DNA from: Octopus vulgaris
Taxonomy: Eukaryota
Direction: 5' to 3'
Assembly: GCA_951406725.2 (NCBI GenBank)
Contig: OX597816.1
Location: 179,366,001-179,430,000 of the forward strand
DNA length: 64,000 nt
Below are positions 25,703 through 39,433 of the stretch, one piece after another (within the stretch, counting starts at the first letter, position 1; each line of letters starts with the position of its first letter). The notes under the pieces were generated by a model, which was not told the DNA's origin, did not search any database, and saw nothing but the letters and a program-made list of their open reading frames with translations. The position numbers and the translations under genes are program-made.

Positions 25703-27579
25703 AATCCTGTTGGCCCAAGACCTCTTAAAAAATGCTTTTTTAAGAGGTCTTGGGCCATACACACACACACACACAGTTATATAGTAGAATAGGAAATAGA
25801 AAGTCCTTGGTACAACATAATATATTTGAAAAAATTAATAGAAATGGCTTTTCTAATAATTTTTCCACTTTAATAATTAGATGTTTATAAGTTATTAAGT
25901 GTTCACACACACACACACACACACACATTTTCTTTGATATATCAGTGAGTTGGCAGTGTGAGAAACAACATAGCAACTGTGGAATATTTTCAGTTTTGGA
26001 AAACAATTTCTAAGAAATGATGTGTGGGTGCAGAATTATAACTTCTCCCTGAAGTTTACTTTGACTGGGTATCTCAAAGAGATTTATTTGAATTATATTC
26101 AAAATGGATAGTTTCTATGATTATACTTGAATTTCATGCAATAACAGAATAGATGAAAAAGGGTGGATCTAAAAAAAATGATGGAAGTTCTTCACAGGAG
26201 GTAATAAAATGGTACCCCAAGTAGCTCATCCTCAAATTTGTTAGATAAGATATTTCAGAAATCTAGATTTACTTCAAAAATATCATAGATGCTATTTAAA
26301 TTAGACCTCTCAGTGAGAGCCTTCAAGTGGTTTCAAAAAGCCATTTATTAACTTTAATTTGAAATACCTGGAGAAATTAAGAAAACTGTTTTCTGCTTTT
26401 TTTTAATGTTTTTTTTAATAATGAAATTAGAGAATAACATGTAACAACTAATAAATTTGTAGGATAACGAGGAAACTAGAAGAAAAGAACAAAAAATTTA
26501 ATAAAAGAAAGCAAAAGAGATGAAAAGTTTGGCATGCGGTTTTAGTTTTACGAAGATAAGGTATCTGGTTTTTTGTTGTTTTTTTTCTAGGAAGGTTAGA
26601 ATGTTGTTATGATATTTGGTTAAAAGAAGATAAAAGTTCATTCTTATATGTTTAATTTAGATCCTGTTTACATGATTTCAGTGACTTTATATAAAAAAAA
26701 AAATAGAAAAGTGACTGGATTATAATGAAAGCTAGCAGAGCACTTGTCAAAATAGATTATTTAAGTATGGAATATATAATGGAAACATAAATTTTAGATA
26801 AAATTTAGAGATATAGATAGCATTCCTTGCCACACAATGGTAAAAAAGTACCAGCATTAAAAATATTACTCTATCTTTCTCAATTATCTCTCATTATACA
26901 TTTTTACTTTCTTTCTCTGATTACAACTCTTTCTCACTCATCAATCACAAAATACGTTCTGAATTTCTCTTTTCTTCTTTCTCCTTACTCTATCTTCCTC
27001 ACTCATATCCCTCTCAAAATATGTTCTCATCTTCTCTATTTCTTCCTAGCATCTCTCCTGGTTATTCTCTTTCTCTCTCTCTCTTTCACTGTAACTTCTC
27101 TTATCTAAACACTTCCTTATTCTCATGTTCATTCCTGTCTTCCCAATGGCTTTTCCTGCGTTCTCTCTTTCCTTTTCCCTTACAGTCATGCAGTCTCTCT
27201 TTCTTTGTTGCTTTCATTTCTTCCCCCTTCTCTCTGTTACTGTCTGTCTCCACTTTTTCATTAGTAATTTTCTGTTCATACATCAATGCATACACACTTT
27301 ATTATTCACATACTCTCTTCTGCATTTTCTTGATTCTTTATTTTTTCCTTGCACTTTCATTTTTGTCCTTTGTCAACTCTCAGTTTGCATCATCCCTTTC
27401 TATTTTTGTCCCACCAGATATTTTAATATATTACCTTTCAAATTGCCCTTCTCTACTGTAGAGTTCTATCTTTTTTTTGTTCCAGTTTTCCTTCCTTATT
27501 TTCTTACTTAACCATGTAATATCTTCCTCTCTATATCTTTCACCCTTCCCTATATTTCACTACCTGCTCACCTAATTAC

Positions 27580-27642
27580 CTGTCTTTCTTGCATACTGGA
27601 AAAAATACTTGTAGCTTTTCATGAATTGATTAATTTGTCACT
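27580..27642 (-). CDS. Candidate first coding exon (hypothetical gene; ATG at 27622)
   Basis: Acceptor gtagtttctttag|AG and donor ACAG|gtaatt. Encodes MKSYKYFFQYARKT + G, phase-compatible with 17270-17319. Confidence 0.3.
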
Positions 27643-27967
27643 CTAAAGAAACTACAAACTACTATAGAATAATATATTTGTTTCATCTTGCCTGAATTTC
27701 ATTGAAGGCGAAATCATGCATGATTAATGGCTTTAGAATGGTTATTGGTGTTGTTGAATATACCTCATCAGTTGTAATTGCTATATAGTACAAAGACAGA
27801 TGATTGAATAAAACATGTGAATGAATTGTTAGCGATGGTTATCTTGTCTTCTATATTAAGTATGATGTCTCCAGAGATAAAGTTTTAGAATATGTAGTTC
27901 CCATTTTAAAAAAAGATAAGGAGATTATTAGAGGGATATTTGGTGACTATGCTGATTAAGTTGAGAG

Positions 27968-28051
27968 GCTCTTTGGAAGAGCTGATACTTGACTCATCAA
28001 CTATCAACTGATAGCTCTTTGGAAGAGTTGATAGTTGACTCATCAACTATC
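27968..28051. repeat. 46-bp tandem duplication with internal hairpins
   Basis: gctctttggaagag(c/t)tgata(c/g)ttgactcatcaactatc occurs twice. Confidence 0.85.
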
Positions 28052-28312
28052 GATTTAGATATAATCTAATTGATAATTAATTAAAATAACTGTGCCAGTA
28101 TATCAGAGTCAGATTCACTGTTTTTGATTTCTGAAATATCTTTTCATAGATGAGAATTATAACTTTAACAGGTTTGCTGCCCAAACTGCCCAGCACAATC
28201 AACTGATTCTAGCCTCTTGGATAAGCATTAATATGTACGTAATATTAAAGCATATTCTGAAGTGTAACCCAAATCCTGGGAAATCTAAAATAACAAACTT
28301 ATAAATAATGTG

Positions 28313-28375
<63 letters not shown>

Positions 28376-29929
28376 ATATGTCTGTAGTGTGAATTTGTGA
28401 TTAATTTCATGAAAAGATAGAAATGTTATTTGTGGAGAGAACTACCAGTAGATGATATACACAGCTCCATTTATAGTCCCTGGAAAATGGTTAAGAAGAC
28501 AAAGCCATTTCTTATGAGATAAAAAAACAATAAGGATGCCTTAAAATTCTGCAAAAAATGTTTGAATCATAATAGACAAAAAAAAAAATGTACAGGTATT
28601 ATTGATGAGATGCAACCTGTCTTCTTTTTAATAAAAAAAATGATGGATCTGATTGTCTTTTAAGGGTTAGAAAGCCTTACACCATAGATTAAATCAAAAC
28701 ACTGCTGATTAAATAGGGATGTTGTTCAGTAAAAAGTTTTAAACAAGATTCAATTAAAGATACTTTTTACACCCAAGTTTGATATAAAGTAATAATTTGT
28801 TTACTTGTATTCTATAATCTCAGCCAAATACTCTCTTAATGATTGTAAAAATAACATATTTTGGACACAGCAGTAGTATAATTAACAGAAAAAAAAAACA
28901 TTATGCTAAGGTGAGAATTTTCGTCAAGTTAAGAAAATAAATTATTTAATAACAACCATACAAAAAGAAAGACAAAAATAAATTAAATTACAATAGTTCA
29001 TTAGTGATTCTAAATTCTGAGCTATTGTTTGAGAAATAAACAAAACGTCAAATCACAGAAAAAGTTATACTTAAATTCTTGGTATAACTTGACTGACTCA
29101 CAGACTTTAAGTGGAGACTGTTTTTACAGGAAATAAGTTATTTAGTGCAACTTGACAGTTGTATCTGTGCAACTAGTGCTAGTAGCTGAGTTTTTGGAGC
29201 TTGTCACTTCACAAAACAATTCTTGTATTTAACAATTTTTATCAAAATAACTAGTCTTTGCTATCACTAAAATCTTCTTGCATCCTTAATAAGATATTAA
29301 TCTTGTTTAACTTTAATTCTAATTTTAGCTACTTTATCAAGTCAAATGAATCAAGTTAAGAACAATTTAGCTAAAAATTCAAGATAAAATTAGAATTTTA
29401 TCAATTGCAGGCTCACAAGCAGAAACATATGTTAGCTCTTTATTGTTCGTGAATCACAAGTTTTTCATTTTCATTTGTAACATACCACTCTCTTATATTT
29501 GGCAAACCAATTTTTATAATGTGCATGAGACTTTTTATCTTTGAGAAATATTTGTATATGTTAAAGAAATGAGAAGAAACAGGGTGGTAGTATGTTTAGG
29601 TAACAAATACTGATTGAAAAATTTGCTGTGGCTATAATACATTTTGAGAAAAATAAATAAAAAAGTGATCAGCATGAAGTGTGATAGTTATTCCAACATG
29701 CTTGCAGGAACTTAGCCAGTCTATACAATTTTGAAATTACATAACATCTATAATTCTCTATTTCTTGTTCATCACCCTACATCTTTCTGCTTAGGCACCA
29801 TGCTAAATTCTGAGCAGACTTTTATTTAAGGTTTGCAGTTGCTGAATGGATACTGATACTAATGTTTTGGTTAAAGAAAATCTTGAGTTGTATCTCATAA
29901 CTAGCACAAGGTCATATGCCAGGAAATAT

Positions 29930-30560
29930 ATGAAACATTAAATGTTTGTATGAGTCATTAAAAATGATTAGAATTTTTGTTGGGATCATATGAAGTATTA
30001 TAGTTCTCAGAACAAGATAAGAAAAAAACAGCTCCACAAATACACTAAAATGCCAAATGATAGGATGATGGAGATGTTAACAACATACCTAAGAATGACT
30101 AATTTCCAAAGCAATAATGAGATTTGCCAACAATTAAGAAGGATGACTATGGGCACAACATTATTAGTAGCAATAGCAAATATCTAGACTAGCTGTACTA
30201 AAGTACAATACTGAAACCTGCAGCTTTGTTAACTTATAGGAAACATTAAAAGGATAGCCACATTTTTGTAAACCCCATGAACTCACTATGCACATCAGTA
30301 CAATTTACCCAAGGAAAACAACAGCAACAAATAGAAGCAAGACTTACTATATCAGAACAATGGTACTAACTACAACATTCTTTATGCAGTTATTTAAGCA
30401 ACTATACCTCTCAAGTCATACCCTACACCTTAAAAAGCAACTAATACATTACATGATGTGGTTCTAGATGCATACAGCCTGAAAAAACTATGGAACAGTT
30501 AAAGGTGGAACATCTTTGATTATAGTTCTGTGCAATGAGGACTGACTAAGGAGATAAACA
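29930..30560 (+). mobile_element. Decayed Penelope-like element RT fragment
   Basis: LRMTNFQSNNEICQQLRRMTMGTTLLVAIANI resembles the PLE RT motif F.F....Y.Q..G.AMGSPLS...ANI. Confidence 0.65.
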
Positions 30561-30766
30561 ATAACAACTTAAACTATGAATCTTAACAGCCATAAGCTGT
30601 TAAAAGAAAAAAAAATTGTCAAATGCCAATGACACTGGCTAAACACCAATATATCTGTACCAACATATTAGCTTATACAGAAAAAAATGAGTTACCTAAA
30701 AAGTGCATCCCTCCTTATTGAAAGAGATTGTCTGAAAAAATTTAGAGAGTTAAATTTAAAAATTTA

Positions 30767-31160
30767 GGCGAAGGAGTGGCTGTGTGGTAAGTAGCTTGCC
30801 TACCAACCACATGGTTCTGGGTTCAGTCCCACTGCGTGGCATCTTGGGCAAGTGTCTTCTGCTATAGCCTCGGGCCGACCAAAGCCTTGTGAGTGGATTT
30901 GGTAGACGGAAACTGAAAGAAGCCTGTCGTATATATGTATATATATATAAGTGTATGTGTTTGTTCCCCTAGCATTGCTTGACAACCGATGCTGGTGTGT
31001 TTACGTCCCCATCACTTAGCGGTTCGGCAAAAGAGACCGATAGAATAAGTATTGGGCTTACAAAGAATAAGTCCCAGGGTCGATTTGCTCGACTAAAGGC
31101 GGTGCTCCAGCATGGCCGCAGTCATATGACTGAAACAAGTAAAAAGAGAAAAAGAGAAAG
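30767..31160 (+). mobile_element. Full-length young SINE family A
   Basis: tRNA-like head with A box (tggctgtgtggtaag) and B box (gggttcagtccc), internal (TA)/(TG) tract, A-rich tail. Near-identical segment at 61515-61745. Confidence 0.92.
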
Positions 31161-32504
31161 AGTATGTAACACCACATTTTTCAGATTCCCTACCAAAGTT
31201 AAATTTACCCAGGAACAGCTAGAACATAAGAAATGCATAAAGAACATTCATTCATTTGTAGCAGGTCATTTAAGAAACTGGGAATTGCAGGAGGTCAGAA
31301 TAGAGAAACTTAGTGAAACCTTAATGAAAGAAGAAATATCTAAGTAAGGAGTGACCAAACATATATAGGGCAAAAAACGAAATCATGTGCTGTTACATGG
31401 TTACCCTTGTTGGAAAAGGAGAGAGAAAGGAGATTGAAAGAGAAAGGGGAGTGAAGATGTGTCTAAGTTAAAGATAAATTGGTTTCAAATTTTGGCACAA
31501 GACCAGCTGGTGAAAGGTAAATTAAAATGTTCTGGTATCAAGTGCAGGATTTTAACGTTGTACATTCAATTTTAAGGATGAATTTATTTCAAGTCTTGTC
31601 TTAAATTTTTAAACAGATTTCAGACACTTTTAATTTTAATCTTCACCAGGTAGTCAGTTAAACATTAAAAGTGTCCCAGTTACCATAAAGCTGAGGGCAG
31701 CATTATCTTCTTTCATCTTCCTATTCAAATGGTTTTCAAAGTTGTCTCCATTGACTTTATTTATCAGAATTAATTTTTAAAACAAACGATTTTCCTCTTT
31801 ATACAGGTGAAGAGATCAAACATTTTCTTTTTGTTTTCAATAACAATATTATGTTATTCTTCACTTAACAATATGTTCTTTGTTTGGAAGACAACCCTAA
31901 GACATTTTATCCAGTTATTATTTTAAGTTGTGCAATCAGCCAGAGCTTATTTACTCAAAATCTTTATATCTTGCAATAACCTAGAGCACATAACTATGTA
32001 TGTTGTGTTGTGAAAGTCTAGTAATAAAGGAACATGTTTGGAGTTATCAACATACTTACAACCTTATTTAATTTTTAATTAATTTGGATGATCATAATTG
32101 ATCATAAAAAAATAATAATTTTTATATTACAGATATTTAATTGATTAAATTTTTTTATTTTCTTTTTTGTTCACTATATTAAATATCTTTCCCACCACCC
32201 ATTTAATTTTATCTTCCAACTTTTTTCTTGAGGATGGGATGTCCTGACTTCAGCTATATTTTGGCAGAGGTTGCCTTTGATCCTATGAAGGATGATGGTT
32301 ATTATCAATAACTAATTTTAGACATAAAAAAAATTGGATATGATTTGTTAGTAAAACAACTTAAACTAGTCAACAAGGTATATAAACAGATGTTTAACTA
32401 CACACAACACATGTATGGATATAAAACATTACATTACACCTTATAAGTACCAATTTCAGATTATGAAAAGTTCATTTAGTTGCTAATAGATGTTTCTATA
32501 GCAT

Positions 32505-32873
<369 letters not shown>

Positions 32874-34099
32874 TAATCAGGAATATGGCCACACACCAAC
32901 TGACATATGCATAGTTGAGTCCTGTTGGTGAATTTTTGTTTTACATATCAAATTAATGTTCCGGTTGTTTTCAAATTTGGTACATGGATTAAGTTTTATA
33001 TATTAATTATGAAAAGGAAATTAATTTTTCCTATAAATCCATAATTAAAAAGTTATTAGCCTTTAATATTTGCAAAATTTGGGTATTTTAGCCAATCAGA
33101 AGTGAGCATTTTACACATCACCGTGGCGAAAAGTTCTGTTTCCATAGTAACCAAAGATGCTGCACATGCACACAAGGAGGGGAAGTAGATACGAGAAAGA
33201 TAATCTTCTTACTATAATAATACTCTTGTGTTTTTCTCTGTCACAACATATGAATGAGAAAGGAAGGGGTGATAGATGAATGAGAAAGGAAGGAAGGAAG
33301 GAGTGATGGCAAACTGGTAATGGGAGCATTTCAATTCTGTGTGAGTATGTGTGTGTATGTAAAAGGGCAATATGTGATTGTTTGTGTGTGTGTGTGTGTG
33401 TGTGTGTGCAATGAAAGTGGGATGGTGAACAGTCAACACTGAAAAAGAAAAATCAGCGTTTCAACTCTGTGTGAGTATCTGTGTGTATATGTGTGTGTGT
33501 ACCAGGGAAGTAGTAATGCTTTGATACCCCCCCACCCTACCAGACGATGGAATAGGCAGTGAATGCAGTTTTCTGATTGGCTGCAAATTCTGAACTTTGT
33601 CAAACTTTGAATAACTGTAACATTTTTGAAAAAGTTTTCTGGAATAAATGAATAACAAATTTGGATCCAGCATCAAAAATTACATCTATATGATACAGTA
33701 AAAATTTTTTTTAAGAGAATTGTAAACAGTGACGAAAACCCCAAAGATCCAAATGTAAAAATAATAGCTCAACTTGCTTTAAATAACAGTCAAAACTCCT
33801 TCAAATTATAACTTACCTTCTTTAAATCGACCAATTTGTAATACTTTCAAAGAGCATTTTAAGATTGCTTTATTAATTATTGATTAATTAAAGAATATAT
33901 TTTATATGCATAGCCAGTAACAAATGTAGTCTCTTGGGATGTCTTAGCACATCCCTTTGCTGCATTCACTGGATGGGATGGTTGCAGCTGGAATACTTGT
34001 CATAATCGGTCTACTTGATCAAGGCTGATCTGTGGTTAAACAATGACTGGAAAGATTATCTTGACAGGATCACTATGCCAATAATAAACATAAGCATCA

Positions 34100-34392
34100 A
34101 TTATTCAATTCCACTTCTGTATCACTAGTCAATTGCATAGTTATTTAAGCAACTAACTAATCTATTGTTGGTTTTATCACTTGGTTAATCAATGAATCCT
34201 TTGTTTGTGAAAGTCCTTTCATAGCCAGCAAATCAGGAGGTGACAAGGGCATGTCATTGATAGAATTACAAATGGCAATGAAAGGACTTTGACAAACAAT
34301 GAATTGATTGATTAACTGAGTTAACAAGTTAATTGCTTAAATAAATTAGTTAAATAACCAATGGAGTAGTATTAAAGGAATGAAATTGAACC
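34100..34392. mobile_element. Fold-back (MITE-like) element
   Basis: ttatttaagcaactaact pairs with agttaattgcttaaataa, and gtttgtgaaagtcctttcatagcca pairs with tggcaatgaaaggactttgacaaac. Confidence 0.7.
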
Positions 34393-34448
34393 AGTGCATA
34401 TGACTATTAATGGACTAATGGCCTTCCCACGATACAACAAAATTTGTT

Positions 34449-34645
34449 TTAACCCTTTAGTATTTAAACCAGACCCAAATTTTCTACTTGTTTTATGTTC
34501 AAACAGTCCTGATCTGGCCTCTCACACCTACTTAACAATGTCATTGTAAAAATCAACAATTTTCATCATTGAAATCTGAAAGCTACAGATTAATTCGAAA
34601 GCATGATTAATTCAAATCAATATGAATGAATATGTATTACATATT
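34449..34645 (+). mobile_element. piggyBac-like MITE fragment
   Basis: Starts TTAA|CCCTTTAG. No intact opposite end is seen. Confidence 0.45.
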
Positions 34646-35699
34646 GTTTGAGAATTTGAAAGAAAGGAAAATGAGAATTTATGAAATTCATACTTTTCCA
34701 AAAGAGAATTGAGGACAAATTTGAAGGAAAGTGGTTACACTCAGGAAATCAATCTCTGCCACAGATGCAACACTGTGTGAATTTACTGTGGTCCCATCAC
34801 ACATATTTATAAGTTATTCCAGTTATGTAAAATATACAAGATTTTAAAAGCCAATGAATTAGCTAAATCTATGTTTAATAAAAAAAAAAACAAGATAGCA
34901 AAACAAAAAGGTATGTTTGAATAAATAAACCTTCAGAAATATTCAAACAAAAGTTAAACAACCACAAGTGATTGAAATTATTTAAAAACTAATCTGCATT
35001 AATTTATGTTGTATCTTTCATTTGTTTCACTCATTTAACTGTGGCCATGTTGGGACAACACCTTGAAGGTTTTCTGGTTGAGCAAATTGACCTTAGGACT
35101 TATTTTCTTAATTAGAAAATCACTAATTTTAAATCTCACATGAGATATTCAGCAACAGTACTTGAGACATTGTCTCCAGCTGGCTATATGACACGATCTT
35201 GTGTCCTTATATTTTCAAACAAGGGAATCTAGCACCCCAACTCAGCTCAAAACAATATCTGTGTATCGCGATTTCTGGGTTATTTCTCTTCATTATTATT
35301 TTCTTAAGCCTAGTACTTATTCTGTCTTGTCAAACCACTTAGTTACAAGGACGTAAACACATCAACACCGGTTGTCAAGTGGTGGGACACACACACACGC
35401 ATATATATATATGTACACACACAACAGGCTTCTTTTAGTTTCCCGCTACCAAATCCACTCACAGGGCTTTGGTCAGCCTGAGACTATAGTAGAAGACACT
35501 TGCTCAAGGTGCCACGTAATGGGACTGAACCTGGAACCATGTAGTTGGGAAACAAGCTTGTTATCATACAGCCACGTCTGTAATTATTTTCTATATTACC
35601 TTTAATATAAACTAAAACAATATTTATTTTTAGGTATTTCATTAAAATATTGTAAACTTTGAAAGCTCAGAATTTGGTAAATTTTGATCTTTTCACCTG

Positions 35700-36220
35700 C
35701 ACAATTTTCACTAAATAAAAAAAAAAAAAAAACTTGGATTTTTTGCATAGAATCATGTACCCTGACCTCCTAATATGCTGCAAGCCCCTTATTTTTGTTC
35801 AGAAAAAAGGAGGGGGACACCCCCCCCATCCTGGAATCATTGGATATTTTTTTATTTTCATTGAATGAATTCCAGTGACCTCCTAATATATTCTACAAAA
35901 ACCCTTTTTGGGCTCCAGGAAACAGTGTGGGGTGAGGTGGAAGTCTCGGAAATTTCACCCTGATTTTCACTAAGAAAAAAAAAACCTTGGATTTTTTTGT
36001 GTGGAATCATTTGACCTCCTAATATATAGCAAACCCATTATTTTTGTTCAGAAAAAAAAAGGTGCGGGGTAAACCGGACCCCCTCTCCCCACATTCATGG
36101 GAAACTTTTTTTTTCATTGAATTCCCTGTGACCTCCTAATATGTCACAAAACCCTTTTTTTTTATCTGGAAAACGGGGTGAGGTGGGGTGGAACCCTCGG
36201 ACCCCCCCTATTTTCAAATA
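35700..36220. repeat. Minisatellite, about 120-bp unit x4 with about 255-bp higher-order dimer
   Basis: tgacctcctaatat at about 35763, 35876, 36012 and 36129; attttcactaa...cttggattttt at 35704 and 35963. Confidence 0.85.
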
Positions 36221-36799
36221 TTTTTTGCTATTTCTTTCTTTACCCATAATTTTAGATAACATTTTGCAGAAATACGTTTTTTTTTTTCTTGGTGAAAATC
36301 GTATGGGTGAAAGGATCGAATAATACCCCGAATTTTATAACAGTGCCTTTCAGTCAAACTTAGCTAGTGGTATATATTAGTCTCGAGATAGGTCAAAGAA
36401 ATCTAGAGCAGTAGTACCCAATCCCGAGGTCACGACCCCATTTGATCATTTAATATGGGACATGAAAGACCCATCTTTTTTTTTGAAAGGAGAAAAGCAA
36501 AACTAAAAACGAAAAAGGAAAAAAACAAAAAACCCCAAACAAAAAATATTTTAATGTAAACTAAATAGTTATCATATCTTTTAAAATCATTTGGCAACAA
36601 AATTTGACATCTTTGTGTTAATATCAAGTGAAAAAATCTTATTTTTCTATTGTGCATATTTTATTAAAAACGTATTATTTAATGATCGAAGCACACGGTG
36701 TTATTACAACTGAAAAACTGAAAGAGATCGTCATAGAGAGATAGAGAAAATAAATAAATACATATGAAAAAAAGGGTCCACTGGGTGGAGAATAGGAAA

Positions 36800-38431
36800 G
36801 GGTAAGATGAACAAAAGAACCGAGTTAATATCATTGCAATTAACTGAAAGCAGAATTCCGAATGCTAACTGAATCGGAGTCTCACACAAGGCTGTCCATG
36901 TGTGAGTCGGGTCTGTACACAAGCGATACAAAAATTGTAAAACTGCTACTATAACGAACACGTGTTTTCACGTATGACAGCTGATGATGTTCCCACGTTA
37001 TTCTCATAGGTGTAGTAGAAATAAGTGGTTTGGAGGGATGGTTGTCTAACTAGAAAATTTATGCCAATAATAAATAAAAAAAGAAAAAACTAAATCAACA
37101 AACTTGCTCAACAATTACTTTTAGTATTAACATTATTTACATTCTGTGTTCAAATCCCACCCAAGTTGTGTTAAACTTAGAATTCTTCTATAGGTCGATA
37201 AAATAAATACTAATCGAGAATTGATTAAATCAATTGTACTCCACCCGACAAAACTGAGACTTTGTGACTAAATCATTATTTACTAAAAATAACTTCTTAG
37301 TCGTGTCTCCCAAATTTTTATTTTACCTATCCTGTTCAAGTGCATATTAATTATAATTTCATAATAAAAATGTCCGGAAGTATTGAAATTAGCTTAGAGC
37401 TTGGGTATAGCTTCTATACTTATCGGCGGCACATACCCCCACACACAAGAACAAACTTCTGGTTGATTTGTAAACAGAGTCTATGTACACACATACCGTG
37501 TTTCTTAGTTAAATACACAAGTGGTTGGTGACTATCCATTCTCATGTAAATCAAAATATATTTAACTTCCACAGTCAATCATCTTAAATGTTTTCTCTGA
37601 AGATACTGAAAACTGTCCAAAATTTTCGAGCGGTTTGTTAGCCTGTTCGAATGAGTAAGCACTACCTATAAGCGCTGAAATAGAATCTTCGATTGAAAGG
37701 GACAGTAACCCGAGATAAACAGGTATTCTATCCTAGAATGTAAAAGATGGAACGAGCCATACGGAGTCTCTAGGTGGTTGCTCAACTTGCAAGAAATAGT
37801 AACCAAATCTCTCTTAAACCAGACCCTATTGTCTTAAAAAAGGAAGAACATAGGTTTGTGTAGTCTGAGATAAACTGTCTAAAAAGACGAGGTAGCCACG
37901 GCTAGAATGCTTTTCAACATAGGTTTTCTGAAGGCTAAATAATTGTAATGATGGGATAAACAACGCCTCGCCTAATTCATAAAAACCAAAAAACCCCCGC
38001 ATTTTTAGATATGTCAACGTCTTTGGTGAAACGATCATGTTAGGTTCGATGAGGTAATTCCAGAGCTTAAACACACATTCTCTAAATAGGTTTTCATTGA
38101 ATCACAAAAATGAATGAATTACAGAAGTAACTGGCTTTACGCCAAAGAAAAATCACGTTTTTTACTCCTTTCTTCATTTCTTTCCGAATAGTTATTGTTA
38201 TTATTTTTTATAAGAAGTTTGTTGGTGGGACGGATTGTTATTGGCGCCTTGTTAAGTCACACCCCGAACGGTAAGGTTAACTGACCGAAAGGAACATGAA
38301 TATTAAACAGGTCATGTGATCGAGTCTGTTGCTGACATAATTCATCTGCCTCACAAGTGTTATTAAATCTACCGACAGCTGCTAAGGCAGCAACAAGCGG
38401 TTTTCTCGCTTCGCTGTATATCCTAGTGAGT
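36800..38431. promoter_or_regulatory. CpG-enriched candidate promoter, possibly bidirectional, with a non-coding first-exon donor
   Basis: CpGs appear more frequent than in the flanks (visual estimate). ATTGGCGCC at about 38240, GTCATGTGAT E/M-box at 38311, donor-like cta|GTGAGT at 38426. Confidence 0.45.
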
Positions 38432-39196
38432 ATATATTTTTGTTTACTTCATTCATTACAAATACATTCACACGACTTTACATATTTATAAGAAGGAGTC
38501 GGGATGTTGTAACATCCTATATGTCTCATAGCGTTTTACCGAATCAATGTGGAACTCGAAATCGAAACCAGGACGCGAACTCTGTTCGTGTGGATCTTAC
38601 CTCTGCAACTGCGATATTCACACGCAGATTTCCATTATTGAAAAGATATGAGTTTAAGATGAGTAAGTGTATACATGCATTTCCACGTACGTACGTATAC
38701 ACGCACAACTACGCATCTTGTATATTATTCTGATTTGTGTGTATATATCTATATACTCACGTACACACACACATAAATTCATTAAAGAGTAACATTTAAG
38801 ATCGAGGTGTCTATCAAAGTGAAGCACACCGCATTAATGGCTATACGGTAAAACACAAATCAACAGGTAAACAATCCAGTGTCTCCACTGGTGTTTGGTA
38901 ATCCGCAACTTTGAGCTAACTTCAGCGTGGAGTAAAATAACAATAAAAACAAACCAATTGATCATACTGTATCACTGCAATCGATTCGTTCACAGATTTT
39001 GTATTGTAACACCGTACGAATATGTGTGAAGCGAAACATCTCTGTGTTGTAGTATCTTATAAATGTTGTACTTCTTGCATACCTGCCTGTAAGGTGTTAG
39101 TTGCACAGCAATGAAATTTCTAAATGAAACTATTGTAGCGATACCGTATTATTTATTCGATCGTTTTTAATGTGATTATATATATATACATACGTA

Positions 39197-39238
<42 letters not shown>

Positions 39239-39294
39239 CAGACACACATACACATATCTCTCTCTCTCTTTATCTATCTATCCATCTATCTATC

Positions 39295-39357
<63 letters not shown>

Positions 39358-39372
39358 ATCCATCTATCTATC

Positions 39373-39433
<61 letters not shown>

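Noticed and set aside
26827-27511. Hydrophobic F/L/S-rich ORFs (also 11142-11678)
   Set aside because: Low-complexity pyrimidine-rich DNA with no real TM or domain signature.
27625-27642. *QINQF resembling SelM UQLNR
   Set aside because: The downstream sequence does not resemble SelM/Sep15, and no CxxU exon or SECIS was found.
28172-28233. Possible + strand exon (ttaacag|GTTTGCTGCC...AT|gtacgt)
   Set aside because: No compatible partner exons or homology were found.
30767-30850. tRNA gene
   Set aside because: This is the tRNA-like SINE head; it continues into the SINE body and has many copies.
33780-33830. Strong minus-strand donor AAG|gtaagt
   Set aside because: Lies within a dispersed repeat also seen at about 37785 and 55960.
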